Source of the DNA: Alphaproteobacteria bacterium
Lineage (GTDB): Bacteria > Pseudomonadota > Alphaproteobacteria > Bin95
Direction of reading: 5' to 3'
NCBI GenBank assembly: GCA_965200785.1
Contig: CBDAVA010000002.1
Location: 291,366 to 355,365, forward strand
DNA: 64,000 nt
Part shown: in pieces, positions 33,841-44,315 of the stretch
How the letters are laid out: every line of letters starts with the position of its first letter
Position numbering within the stretch: the first letter of the stretch is position 1
Notes under the pieces: generated by a model
Seen by the model: only the letters and a program-made list of their open reading frames with translations
What the model was told of the DNA's origin: nothing
Databases searched by the model: none
Position numbers and translations under genes: made by a program

Positions 33841-36270
33841 TTACCACGTCAGGGCAATCCGGAAGCCCACGCTAAAACTGCGATAGCCAGCGGAACGCCC
33901 CACACGGGTCGCGGACCGAAGGTTCTTCGGAGCATCGTCCCAGCGTCCGCCGCGCAACACCCGCTTCCCGCAATCCCCCGACTCCCAGGCGCTTCCGTTT
34001 CCCGGTGCTCCCCGGTAGCTGCTGTTCCAGCAGTCCTCCACCCATTCCCAGACATTCCCCAGCACGTCGTGCAGCCCGTAGCCGTTCGCGATGAAGCTCC
34101 CTGCCGGCGAGGTATATGCATATCCATCGTCGCACGAGGCGATATCCGCTCCATTCCCATATCGACACCGACCCGCCGCGCTCTCGCCCCAATAACGGGC
34201 CGTTCGCGTTCCCGCGCGGGCCACATACTCCCACTCCGACTCGCTCGGGAGCCGATATCCGCGTCCCGTCCTCTCCCTCAACCATCTCACATAGGCCTGT
34301 GCATCCTTCCAGCTCACACACACCACAGGGTGGTCATCACCCTGCACATAACCGGGACGCCGCCAGCTTCTTCCGGAACGCTTCCTCCACCGACCATCCT
34401 CGTTCGTCGAGCACCCGTCATCGATCGCATGTGCCGTCTCCTCCACAAATCGACGCCACTCCCGGCGCGTCACCTCGTATACCCCTACCGCAAACGGCTT
34501 CGATATCTTCACCCGACGAACCGGGCCCTCGTCACCACGCCGTCCCTTCTCCGAAGCCGGCGAGCCCATCAGATACGATCCAGATGACACCAGCACCATC
34601 TCCGGACAATCCGCACAGTCCCGAAATCTCGTCACAGCATCATCCGGCCGTTGAACTTGCTCTCTTGCCTCTGGATTGTCCGGATACGCATAAACTGCAC
34701 GCAGCTCTCTGAGAATCCGAGGTAACGCGGCTGCGAAGGCCGCGTTGTCACGCACCCGCTTGATGCGCCGCTTGACCTCTCGCTCGAACACCTCCTTTTG
34801 GCCCGCATCGCCGGTGAACAGCTCCGCCAGCGTCAACCCCGCGGCCTTGCCAATGCCCGCCAAGCTCGACATGCCTGCCCAACGGTCCCCCCATAGCATG
34901 CTGTATAACGAGGCCGCGGCCTCCGCCGACAGTCGGTTGTGCAGACCTACCAGCTCCCGAACCGCGTACGCGTCCGCTGTCGTGCCGCCCACTCCGCCCC
35001 CCGCAATCAGTTCCTCCGTCGCACCGGCCAGCGACCCGCCCATCGTCTCCAGCGCCGACATCACCAGCACCGCCTTACCGTAGTCGACCAGCTCCTCGCC
35101 TAGCGCCCACACTTCACGCGCCACGATCCCCGCTCCTGGCGACGACGCCAAGCCGACTACCACCATGGAGCCAAGCATCGGGACCGAACCCACAAGCGCG
35201 CCCGTTCCCGTCTTCTTGTACCGCGCCAATCGCGACCGGCTCATTTCCGTCAACTGACCGAGCGCATCCTCCAGCCCCTCGACCATCGCCGGGTCCGCCC
35301 TCGAAGCCACCAGCAGCCGTCGTGCGTTTTCAAGCCCCAACACCACCAACGCGTCCCCGGCCGCCTCCGCGAGCAGTCGGTTGCGCGCCTGCTCGTCGGC
35401 AAACCCTCGCGCCAGCTCGACCCCCACGGCCAACACCCCCAGCGCCTTCGTCGATTTGCCAAGACCCGAACGAGCCACCCGCGAGTGCACTTTGCTCGCG
35501 ACTTTCGCCGTCGCGCCCCCGTGCTGCGCCGCTTTGTATGTGCTCGAGATAGTGCGAAGCTGCGTATACGCATCAACACCCTGCGATGCCGCCGCATCTG
35601 AGACCCCCAGGAGCGCAATCGCCCCCGATCGCCACGCGGCCAACCGCTCGGTCAATGTCTCGTCTACACGACGAGATTCATCGAGCGCGACCGCACGCAA
35701 TGCCGCCTCCGCGAACAGCGCCCGACGTGCACGCCGTTTCTTCAACACGACGTCCAACGCGCCACCGGTGGCGAGCCGCGCCGAGGCGACCAATCCACGC
35801 GGCATGAACATCAGTCCGCCGTCGGTATCGACGATGTGCATCCTTGTGCCCGGCAGCACTGGACCCAGATCGTCATGACTCGCCAACACTCGCGCGAGAA
35901 GCGGCTCCGCCTCCTCCCAGGGAAGCGCCGTCCCGGCACTGCCCGAGGACACCGTGGACCGTTCGAGCACCGTCAGCGAGCGCAGCGCCTCTGACAACGA
36001 GACCTCTTCGTCGTCGACGAAGACGACCCGATCCACAATCCCGTGCGCCACCCGCGCTTCGCGCCCACCCTCCGACACGATGCCGATCAGAGCATCGCCG
36101 ACAACCGCCTCGCGGGTGAATCTATCGATCTCATTGGCGTGCGATGGCGCCCAGACAACGATGAAAGCCAAAATCAGGCTCACAACCGCCGTCACGCCTC
36201 GCCCCCACGGAGCTTCCAGCCTGCGGTTCATATCATGGGTCCTCTGCTGGGCTGCTTGAGCAGTACGCAT
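33841..36270 (-). CDS. membrane-anchored protein with an unassigned ~530-aa N-terminal region and a C-terminal FGE/SUMF1-like (DUF323-type) domain lacking the catalytic Cys pair
   Basis: 809-aa ORF. The C-terminal 270 aa carry FGE-sulfatase family motifs (FRDCADCPEMVLV, HPVVCVSWKDAQAYVRWL, YRLPSESEWEYVARAG, GNVWEWVEDCW, RVLRGGRWDDAPKNLRSATR...VGFRIA). A TM or signal segment (VTAVVSLILAFIVVWAPSHA) lies near the N-terminus. An alternative start is ATG 36231, which follows AGAGGA. Confidence 0.85.
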   Translation of the reverse strand: MRTAQAAQQRTHDMNRRLEAPWGRGVTAVVSLILAFIVVWAPSHANEIDRFTREAVVGDALIGIVSEGGREARVAHGIVDRVVFVDDEEVSLSEALRSLTVLERSTVSSGSAGTALPWEEAEPLLARVLASHDDLGPVLPGTRMHIVDTDGGLMFMPRGLVASARLATGGALDVVLKKRRARRALFAEAALRAVALDESRRVDETLTERLAAWRSGAIALLGVSDAAASQGVDAYTQLRTISSTYKAAQHGGATAKVASKVHSRVARSGLGKSTKALGVLAVGVELARGFADEQARNRLLAEAAGDALVVLGLENARRLLVASRADPAMVEGLEDALGQLTEMSRSRLARYKKTGTGALVGSVPMLGSMVVVGLASSPGAGIVAREVWALGEELVDYGKAVLVMSALETMGGSLAGATEELIAGGGVGGTTADAYAVRELVGLHNRLSAEAAASLYSMLWGDRWAGMSSLAGIGKAAGLTLAELFTGDAGQKEVFEREVKRRIKRVRDNAAFAAALPRILRELRAVYAYPDNPEAREQVQRPDDAVTRFRDCADCPEMVLVSSGSYLMGSPASEKGRRGDEGPVRRVKISKPFAVGVYEVTRREWRRFVEETAHAIDDGCSTNEDGRWRKRSGRSWRRPGYVQGDDHPVVCVSWKDAQAYVRWLRERTGRGYRLPSESEWEYVARAGTRTARYWGESAAGRCRYGNGADIASCDDGYAYTSPAGSFIANGYGLHDVLGNVWEWVEDCWNSSYRGAPGNGSAWESGDCGKRVLRGGRWDDAPKNLRSATRVGRSAGYRSFSVGFRIALTW

Positions 36271-36435
36271 CGAGATGGTCTCGGTCGTTTAGCCCGAAAC
36301 TAATCATACAAAAACAATAGGTTGTCTTCTTCTTCATCTGGAAGTTCAGATTAAATCCGTTTTACGCTACGGTGCGGCCCGTCTGCGGACGGCGCCGGCA
36401 GGTCCGGCAGGTGTGGGTTTTTCAGGAGAGCGGCC

Positions 36436-37731
36436 TTGGCTCACGACAAACGCGGTTTGGACCTTACTGCGGCCAGCGACGCCGCTGCCGGCGCCCTGGA
36501 TGCGGCCGTGGACGATTTTCTGGCGTTCGGGCGGAACGCCGGACAGCTGCTGAAGGCCGCTTTCGAGGCCGATGCGGACATGCCGCTGGCGCATACGCTC
36601 CGGGGCTATTTCTTCCTGCTGATGGGAATCCGCGCCCTGATCCCGCGCGCCGCGAAATCCGGCGATACGGCGATGCGGCTTGGAGGCACGGCGCGCGAAT
36701 CCGCCCATGCGGAGGCGCTTTCGCGCTGGGCCGCCGGCGATACGGCCGGCGCGGCCAGCCGCCTGGAAGACATCCTGCTCGACCATCCGCGAGACATTCT
36801 CGCAATCCGGCTCGCCCACTATCTGCACTTCTATCACGGCGCGCTGGCCCAGCACCGCGACAGCGTTGCCCGCGTCCTGCCGGCCTGGGACGAGACCGTC
36901 CCCGGCTACGGCTATGTGCTGGGGATGCGCGCATTCGGGCTGGAGGAAGTGGGCGATTACGCGCGGGCGGAGGCGTTCGGGCGCCGGGCGGTGGCGATCG
37001 ACCCTTCGGACGCCTGGTCGGTCCATTCCGTCGCCCATGTCATGGAGATGCAGGGCCGCCCGCGCGAGGGCATCGCCTGGATTCGCGAGAACGAAGCGCA
37101 TTGGGAACACAAGATTCACAACTTTTCCGGCCATTTGTGGTGGCACCAGGCGCTGTTCCATCTGGCGCTGGATGAGGCCGACGCCGCGCTCGAACTCTAT
37201 GACCGCCGCATCCGCGCCGATACCTCCGGAGATGATGTGCTCGATATCGCCAATGCGGCGTCGCTGCTGCTGCGCCTGCATTTCCGCGGCGTCGATGCCG
37301 GCGGCCGCTGGCAGGAGCTCGCCGGCCACTCGGCCTCGCGCATCGCCGACGGCATTTTTCCTTTCTTCGACGCCCACTATATGACGGCGCTGGCGATGGG
37401 CGGAGACGGAGAGCACGCGCAGAAGCATCTCGAAGCGATGGACGCGCGCACGGGCCAGGCGACGGCCGATCCGGTCTATGCGGCCGTCGGCCGGCCGCTT
37501 TGCGAAGCGATCGCCGCTTTCGGCGCCGGCGAGCCGGAACGCTGTTTCGCCTTGCTTGAGCCGGTGCGCTATGACCTCTTCCGGCTGGGTGGCAGCCACG
37601 CCCAGCGCGATGTGTTCCTGCAGCTTCTGATCGCCGCCGCCAAACAGGCCGGCCGCGGCCGCGAACACCGCGCCCTCCTGGCCGAACGCGGCGCACAAAA
37701 GCCCGGTGCCGTCATGGCCTGGATGCATTAG
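36436..37731 (+). CDS. tetratricopeptide-repeat protein, TTC38-like family
   Basis: 431 aa. TTG start follows AGGAGAG. HSVAHVMEMQGRPREGIAWI and HLWWHQALFHLALDEADAALELYD resemble the conserved TTC38 family, recalled from memory. Confidence 0.7.
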   Translation: MAHDKRGLDLTAASDAAAGALDAAVDDFLAFGRNAGQLLKAAFEADADMPLAHTLRGYFFLLMGIRALIPRAAKSGDTAMRLGGTARESAHAEALSRWAAGDTAGAASRLEDILLDHPRDILAIRLAHYLHFYHGALAQHRDSVARVLPAWDETVPGYGYVLGMRAFGLEEVGDYARAEAFGRRAVAIDPSDAWSVHSVAHVMEMQGRPREGIAWIRENEAHWEHKIHNFSGHLWWHQALFHLALDEADAALELYDRRIRADTSGDDVLDIANAASLLLRLHFRGVDAGGRWQELAGHSASRIADGIFPFFDAHYMTALAMGGDGEHAQKHLEAMDARTGQATADPVYAAVGRPLCEAIAAFGAGEPERCFALLEPVRYDLFRLGGSHAQRDVFLQLLIAAAKQAGRGREHRALLAERGAQKPGAVMAWMH

Positions 37732-37785
37732 GAAGGCGGGCTGCGCCGGGGTCCCGCCCCGGCGCGAGGACAGCGCCTTTCGGGG

Positions 37786-38988
<1,203 letters not shown>

Positions 38989-39010
38989 GGAGAGAGTCCT
39001 TCTGGTTTCG

Positions 39011-39892
39011 TTATCCGGTTGCTGTAATGGCGCGGAAATCTTCCATCAACGCGCGGGTGATGCGGCCGGGCGTGAAGCGGTAATCGTCGATCTCCGCAAC
39101 CGGCGTCACCTCGGCGGCGGTGCCGGTCACGAACACTTCGGAGGTGCGTGCGAATTCTTCCGGCAGGATCGACCGCTCCACAACCGGAATCTGGCGCTTC
39201 TCGGCCAGGCCAATAACGGCCTGGCGCGTAATGCCGTTGAGGAAGGAGTCGGGCGTCGGCGTGTGCAGCTTGCCGTCCTGGACGAGGAAGATATTGGCGC
39301 CGGAACCCTCGGCGACGAACCCCCGGGAGTCCAGCATCAACGCATCGTGATAGCCCTGCGTCTCGACCTCATGCTTGTTGAGCGTGCAGATCATGTAGAG
39401 GCCTGTCGCCTTGGCGTGAACCGGCGCGCATTCCGGGCCCGGCCGGCGGTAGCGCCCGGTCTTCATGCGGATGCCCGCCATCGCCGAGCCGTCGCCGAAA
39501 TAATCGCCCCAATACCAGGCGGCGATCGCGACATGGATCGTGACATGCTGCGCCGAAACGCCCATCATCTCGGCGCCGCGCCAGGCCACCGGGCGCAAAT
39601 AGGCGTCCTTCAGATCGTTCGCCTGCAGCACCGCCCGTTTCGCTTCCTCCAGCGCCTCGACCGAATAGGGCAATGCAAAGCCCATGAGCCGCGCCGACTC
39701 ATGCAGGCGCTCGGAATGCGCGCGCGAGCGGAAGATGTGTCCGCCATAGACCCGTTCGCCCTCGAAGACCGCGCTGGCGTAATGCAGGCCGTGGGTCAGG
39801 ACATGCAGTTTGGCTTCCCGCCACGGCGCCAGTTCGCCGTCGAGCCAGATATAGCCGTCGCGGTCATCATAGGGGAGCAGGTCCACCGCCAT
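39011..39892 (-). CDS. ilvE: branched-chain amino acid aminotransferase (class IV)
   Basis: 293 aa. Contains YIWLDGELAPWREAKLHVLTHGLHYASAVFEGERVY and EVFVTGTAAEVTPV. Confidence 0.9.
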   Translation of the reverse strand: MAVDLLPYDDRDGYIWLDGELAPWREAKLHVLTHGLHYASAVFEGERVYGGHIFRSRAHSERLHESARLMGFALPYSVEALEEAKRAVLQANDLKDAYLRPVAWRGAEMMGVSAQHVTIHVAIAAWYWGDYFGDGSAMAGIRMKTGRYRRPGPECAPVHAKATGLYMICTLNKHEVETQGYHDALMLDSRGFVAEGSGANIFLVQDGKLHTPTPDSFLNGITRQAVIGLAEKRQIPVVERSILPEEFARTSEVFVTGTAAEVTPVAEIDDYRFTPGRITRALMEDFRAITATG

Positions 39893-39968
39893 CGCCCATT
39901 TCTCCTCATTCTCCGGGCACGATATGATACAGGGTCGCAGCCTTGCAGCTTATGGCGGATTTCAACCC

Positions 39969-40670
39969 ATGCGTGAAGCGATTTCACCTGCTCGCCGGCC
40001 GCAGCAGCCTCATATTCTTCTTGTGGACGACGATAAGCGGCTGCGCTCGCTGCTGAAGCGCTATCTCTCCGGCGCCGGCTTTCGCGTCTCGGCGCTGGAG
40101 GAGGCCAAGGCCGCCCGGCGCGCATTGGCGGGGGTCGCGTTCGATCTGATTGTGCTGGACATCATGCTGCCGGGAGAGTCCGGCCTGGAACTCAGCCAGG
40201 CGCTCTCGGAATCCGGCCATCCCACGCCGATATTGCTGCTGACAGCGATGGACGAACCGGAGGACCGCGTGCGCGGCCTGGAGGCCGGCGCCGAAGACTA
40301 CATGGTCAAGCCCTTTGAACCGAGGGAGCTGGTGCTGCGCATCCGCACCATCCTGCGCCGGCGGCAGGTCGCGCGCCGCGAAACGCTGCGCTTCGGCCCG
40401 CTGACCTGGAGCGCCGGGCGCGAGACGCTGGAGCATGAGGATGGAACGGCCAGCCGGCTTTCTCCGGCGGAGGCGCTGCTGTTGGGCGCCCTGTCGCGCC
40501 GGAGCGGAGACACCGTCTCGCGCGAAGAGCTGGCCGTGATGAGCATCGGGTCCGGAAGGGGGGTGGATGTGCAGGTTGCGCGCCTGCGCCGGAAGCTGGA
40601 GCCCGACCCGAGGCACCCGCGCTATCTGGTGACTGTCTGGGGGCGCGGCTATGCGCTGCGGCCCGATTGA
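39969..40670 (+). CDS. OmpR-family response regulator
   Basis: From ATG 39969: MREAISPARRPQQPHILLVDDDKRLRSLL. Phospho-acceptor context reads DLIVLDIMLPGESG. The C-terminal winged helix ends YLVTVWGRGYALRP. Confidence 0.9.
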   Translation: MREAISPARRPQQPHILLVDDDKRLRSLLKRYLSGAGFRVSALEEAKAARRALAGVAFDLIVLDIMLPGESGLELSQALSESGHPTPILLLTAMDEPEDRVRGLEAGAEDYMVKPFEPRELVLRIRTILRRRQVARRETLRFGPLTWSAGRETLEHEDGTASRLSPAEALLLGALSRRSGDTVSREELAVMSIGSGRGVDVQVARLRRKLEPDPRHPRYLVTVWGRGYALRPD

Positions 40671-41986
40671 TGGCCGGGCGGCTGGACCGCTTCCTGCCGC
40701 GCACGCTGTTTGCGCGTTCCCTGCTGATTATCGTTATGCCGCTGATATTGCTGCAGATTGTCTCCTCCTGGGTCTTCTATGAGCGGCATTGGCAGATCAT
40801 CCTGAAGCGCCTGGCCGCCGGGGTGGCGGGCGAGATCGGCCTGGCCATCGACGCGATGGACCGGTTCCCCGATCGGGACGCCCAGGAATTCCTGCTGCAA
40901 TTGCTGGCCCAGCGCACGGACTTGCGCGCGACCGTCGAGCCGGGGGCCATTCTCCCCAACCGCCCGCAGCCGGAGCCGGCAAGCGGCCTTGACAGGCTGC
41001 TTGCCACCGAACTGGAGCACCGGGTTCGCCGGCCTTTTCATTTCGATACGACAGCCTTTGAGAACGAAATTGTCATCAAGGTGCAGCTCGAGGACAGCGT
41101 GCTGAACGTCGTCGCCCCGCGGCGGCGGCTCTTCAGCTCGACGGCCACGTTCTGGGTGCTGTGGATGGTCGGCACCTCGATGATCCTGTTCGGCGTCGCC
41201 GGGCTGTTCATGCACAACCAGATCCGTCCGATCCGCCGGCTTGCCGAGGCGGCGGACGCCTATGGCAAGGGCCGCGAGGCCCCGGACCCGAAATTGGCGG
41301 GCGCAACGGAAGTGCGCCGCGCAACCGTCGCCTTCCGCCGGATGCGCGAACGCATCCGGCGCCAGATTGCCCAGAGGACGGAAATGCTGGCCGGCGTCTC
41401 GCACGATCTGCGCACGCCGCTCGCGCGCATGAAGCTCGCGCTGGCCTTGCTGCCGGAGAACGACGATGCGCGCGAACTGCGCGCCAATGTCGCCGAGATG
41501 GAGGCGATGGTCGGCGCCTATCTGGCGTTTGCGCGGGGCGAGGGCGGCGAGGCGGCGGTCGAGACCGATTTGGGAGACCTGGTGGAGGATGTTGTGACAG
41601 GCGCCCGCCGGGCCGGATACTCCATCGACCTCCGCATCATCGGCGCTCCCACGATTCCGGTTCAGGAGACCGCGATCCGGCGCTGCCTCGTCAATCTCAT
41701 CGGCAATGCGACGCAGCACGGCACCCAGGTGTGGATCGCCTGCAGGGAGCAGCGCGAGTGGTTCGAGATCGCGATCGACGATGATGGGCCGGGCGTGCCG
41801 CCGGCCGAGCGGGCAAAGGTCTTTCGGCCGTTCTACAGTCGGGACGCAGAGGGGGGCGGGAAGACGGACCGTATCGGACTGGGCCTGTCCATCGCCCGCG
41901 ACGTCGTGCAGAGTCACGGGGGCGATATTCACCTCACCGATTCGCCCACGGGCGGTCTCGGCGTCAGACTGCGGCTCCCGATATGA
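40670..41986 (+). CDS. sensor histidine kinase (EnvZ-like)
   Basis: Two TM segments, an H-box (LAGVSHDLRTPLARM), an N-box (NLIGNATQHG) and G-boxes (DDDGPGV, GLGLSIARD). The ATG overlaps the regulator's TGA by 1 nt. The ORF track starts at TTG 40667. Confidence 0.9.
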   Translation: MAGRLDRFLPRTLFARSLLIIVMPLILLQIVSSWVFYERHWQIILKRLAAGVAGEIGLAIDAMDRFPDRDAQEFLLQLLAQRTDLRATVEPGAILPNRPQPEPASGLDRLLATELEHRVRRPFHFDTTAFENEIVIKVQLEDSVLNVVAPRRRLFSSTATFWVLWMVGTSMILFGVAGLFMHNQIRPIRRLAEAADAYGKGREAPDPKLAGATEVRRATVAFRRMRERIRRQIAQRTEMLAGVSHDLRTPLARMKLALALLPENDDARELRANVAEMEAMVGAYLAFARGEGGEAAVETDLGDLVEDVVTGARRAGYSIDLRIIGAPTIPVQETAIRRCLVNLIGNATQHGTQVWIACREQREWFEIAIDDDGPGVPPAERAKVFRPFYSRDAEGGGKTDRIGLGLSIARDVVQSHGGDIHLTDSPTGGLGVRLRLPI

Positions 41987-42017
41987 CCGCAACGCCGTTC
42001 GATTGAGGACAGCAAGA

Positions 42018-43166
42018 ATGATAGACCGCTTTCCCCCGCCGCCCGAGGAACAGGCGACCCTGGCGAACTGGCGCACAGCGCCCTTCAACCGCTGGGCGTT
42101 TCGCCATGTCCGGGAGCTCGTTCCGACAGCCGAAATCGGCCATGATCCCGGTTCCGTGCTCCCCTTGCCCGCGGCGCCCGCAGCATTGCCGGGCCTCGAC
42201 GCCATGGCGCCGGACTGCGACGCCCTGCTGGTGCTGCACCGCGGCCGGATCGCGGCGGAACACTACGCCGAGGGCATGACCGGCGTCACGCCGCACATCC
42301 TGATGTCGGTCTCGAAATCGCTGCTGGGCCTGCTCGCCGGCATCCTTGCGGAAGCGGGCCGGCTGGATGCGGATGCGCCCGTCTCCCGCTATGTGCCGGA
42401 GATCGAGGCAACGGCCTATCGCGGCGCCACGGTGCGTCATCTGCTCGACATGCGCGCCGGCATCCTGTTCGACGAGGATTATCTCGCCACGGAAGGGCCG
42501 ATTATCGCCTACCGCCAGGCGACCGGCTGGAACCCGCCAAACCCCGGCGAGCCGCCTTCGGACCTGCGCTCCTTCTATGCCCGATTGACCGAGCCGGACG
42601 GACAGCACGGGCAGCGTTTCCACTATGTCTCGCCCAACACTGACCTTCTGGCCTGGGTTATCGAACGGGCGGCGGGCGAACGCTACCCGGACCTGATGGG
42701 CAAGCTGCTCTGGGCGCCGGCCGGGGCCGAGCGTTCGGCCTATATCACGCTGGACCGCCTGGGCGCGCCGCGCGCCGCCGGCGGCATATGCGTCACCGCG
42801 AGGGATCTGGCCCGTATCGGCCAGTTGATCGTCGAGGGCGGGGCATGGGCCGGACGGCAGGTTTTGCCGCTGCGCTGGATCGAGGATATCGAGGCCGCAG
42901 GCGATGCCGAAGCTTGGGACGCGGGCGATTTCGCGCCGTTTTTCCCTGGGCGGGCGATGCACTACCGTTCGCAATGCTACGTGCTGCGGGGCGAGAGTCC
43001 GCTCATTGTCGGCATCGGGATCCATGGACAGAACCTCTATGTGGACCGCCGGGCCGAGATGGTCGTCGTGCGTCTGTCGTCGCGGGCCCTGCCGCTGGAG
43101 GCCGACCGGGAGCTCTCCGGCCTCGAGGAGGTGCTGGCGATCCGCGACATCCTCACCGGCGGCTGA
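42018..43166 (+). CDS. serine hydrolase (beta-lactamase-related, 6-aminohexanoate-dimer-hydrolase-like)
   Basis: ATG at 42018 gives MIDRFPPPPEEQATLANW. SxxK motif present in MSVSKSLLGLLAG. 382 aa. Confidence 0.85.
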   Translation: MIDRFPPPPEEQATLANWRTAPFNRWAFRHVRELVPTAEIGHDPGSVLPLPAAPAALPGLDAMAPDCDALLVLHRGRIAAEHYAEGMTGVTPHILMSVSKSLLGLLAGILAEAGRLDADAPVSRYVPEIEATAYRGATVRHLLDMRAGILFDEDYLATEGPIIAYRQATGWNPPNPGEPPSDLRSFYARLTEPDGQHGQRFHYVSPNTDLLAWVIERAAGERYPDLMGKLLWAPAGAERSAYITLDRLGAPRAAGGICVTARDLARIGQLIVEGGAWAGRQVLPLRWIEDIEAAGDAEAWDAGDFAPFFPGRAMHYRSQCYVLRGESPLIVGIGIHGQNLYVDRRAEMVVVRLSSRALPLEADRELSGLEEVLAIRDILTGG

Positions 43167-43181
43167 ACCGGGCGCGGCTCG

Positions 43182-44315
43182 CTACCCGCCGCCCAGATAC
43201 GGGGCCGGATCGACGGCGCGCCCCTGCCGCCGGAGCTCGAAATGCAGCTGCGGGCTGGTCACCCGTCCGCTGCTGCCGACCAGCGCAATCCGCTGACCGC
43301 GCCGGACCTCGTCGCCGCGCTCCACAAGCAGTTGTTCGTTGTGGGCGTATGCGGACACCCAGCCGCCCTGATGCCGGATGAGCAGAAGATTGCCATAGCC
43401 CGGAAGCTCGTTTCCGGAATAGGCGACGCGCCCGGCCTCCGTTGCATGAACCGCCGCGCCGCGCGGGGCGGCAATGTTGATGCCGTCATTGTGAAGGCCG
43501 TCCGGCTGCGGGCCGAAACCCGTCATGACCGTGCCCTCCACGGGATGCAGAAAGCGCCCGACACGGCTGGGCAGCGGTTTCAGGGCCGTCCGAACCGGCG
43601 CAGGCGGCGGCGCGGCGACCGTCTTCGGCAAGGGTTCCGGCCTGGCCGTCACGAACGGCCCGGGCGGCGAAACCCCGGCGGCGGGAGGCGGGCGCGGAAC
43701 GGGTGCAGCCTTGCCGGGTTCAGCGGTGTCCGCGCCGCGCGGCGCGGGCGACGGCAATCTGGCGCCGGCGGCCGGCGCCGGCCGGGGAACGGGCGGAATC
43801 CCGGCGCCGGCCGGCGGCAGGGCCGTCCGCAGATGCGCAACCGGCAGCGGCGGCGCCGGCTTGTCCGAAACCGCGCCAGCGGGCGGCGGCTCCGTCCGGC
43901 TGGGGATGCGGAGCGTTGCGTCCTTATAGATCGTATAGGGCGCCTTCAGCCCGTTGATCCGCACCAGCGCCGCCATCGGCACGCCGTATTGCCGGGAGAT
44001 CGACCACAATGAGTCGCCGGCAACCACAACATGTTCGCGCGGCGCCGGCAGCGTCAGCGTCTGCCCTTCCTGAAGATGATAGGGTGCGGTGAGGCCGTTC
44101 TGTTCGATGATGTCCCGCATTGTGACGCCGTAGCGCCGCGAAACCAGATAGACGCTGTCGCCCTTGCGCACCCGGATACGCCGCTCTCCGGGAACATCCG
44201 CCTGTTGCTTCGGCGGCGCCGCGCGCCGCTCCTGCGTCCCCTGAGGACCGCCGACCTCCACCCAACCGCAAGCGCCCAGCAGGAACAGGCAGAGGACGGC
44301 CCCGGCCCTCGTCAC
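43182..44315 (-). CDS. LysM-domain M23 family metallopeptidase (NlpD-like lipoprotein)
   Basis: Lipobox-like LFLLGACG. Two LysM repeats (VRKGDSVYLVSRRYGV..., VVAGDSLWSISRQYGV...), a Pro-rich linker, and an M23 core (GINIAAPRGAAVHA...YGNLLLIRHQGGWVSAYAHN). GTGA overlap with pcm. Confidence 0.9.
   Translation of the reverse strand: MTRAGAVLCLFLLGACGWVEVGGPQGTQERRAAPPKQQADVPGERRIRVRKGDSVYLVSRRYGVTMRDIIEQNGLTAPYHLQEGQTLTLPAPREHVVVAGDSLWSISRQYGVPMAALVRINGLKAPYTIYKDATLRIPSRTEPPPAGAVSDKPAPPLPVAHLRTALPPAGAGIPPVPRPAPAAGARLPSPAPRGADTAEPGKAAPVPRPPPAAGVSPPGPFVTARPEPLPKTVAAPPPAPVRTALKPLPSRVGRFLHPVEGTVMTGFGPQPDGLHNDGINIAAPRGAAVHATEAGRVAYSGNELPGYGNLLLIRHQGGWVSAYAHNEQLLVERGDEVRRGQRIALVGSSGRVTSPQLHFELRRQGRAVDPAPYLGGG

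Noticed and set aside
33841-34000. Diversity-generating retroelement hypothesis: the FGE/CLec-fold C-terminus as a variable repeat
   Set aside because: DGR targets often use this fold. However, I could find no second, adenine-rich template copy of the 3' end nearby, and no reverse-transcriptase-like ORF (YxDD) anywhere in the window. An in-trans DGR elsewhere cannot be excluded.
36367-37728. 453-aa ORF on the minus strand
   Set aside because: It is antisense to the TTC38-like gene. The sense protein has coherent TPR-like helices, whereas the antisense product is Arg/Gly/Ala-rich.
40649-42205. 518-aa ORF on the minus strand
   Set aside because: It is antisense to the histidine kinase, whose H, N and G boxes are unambiguous.
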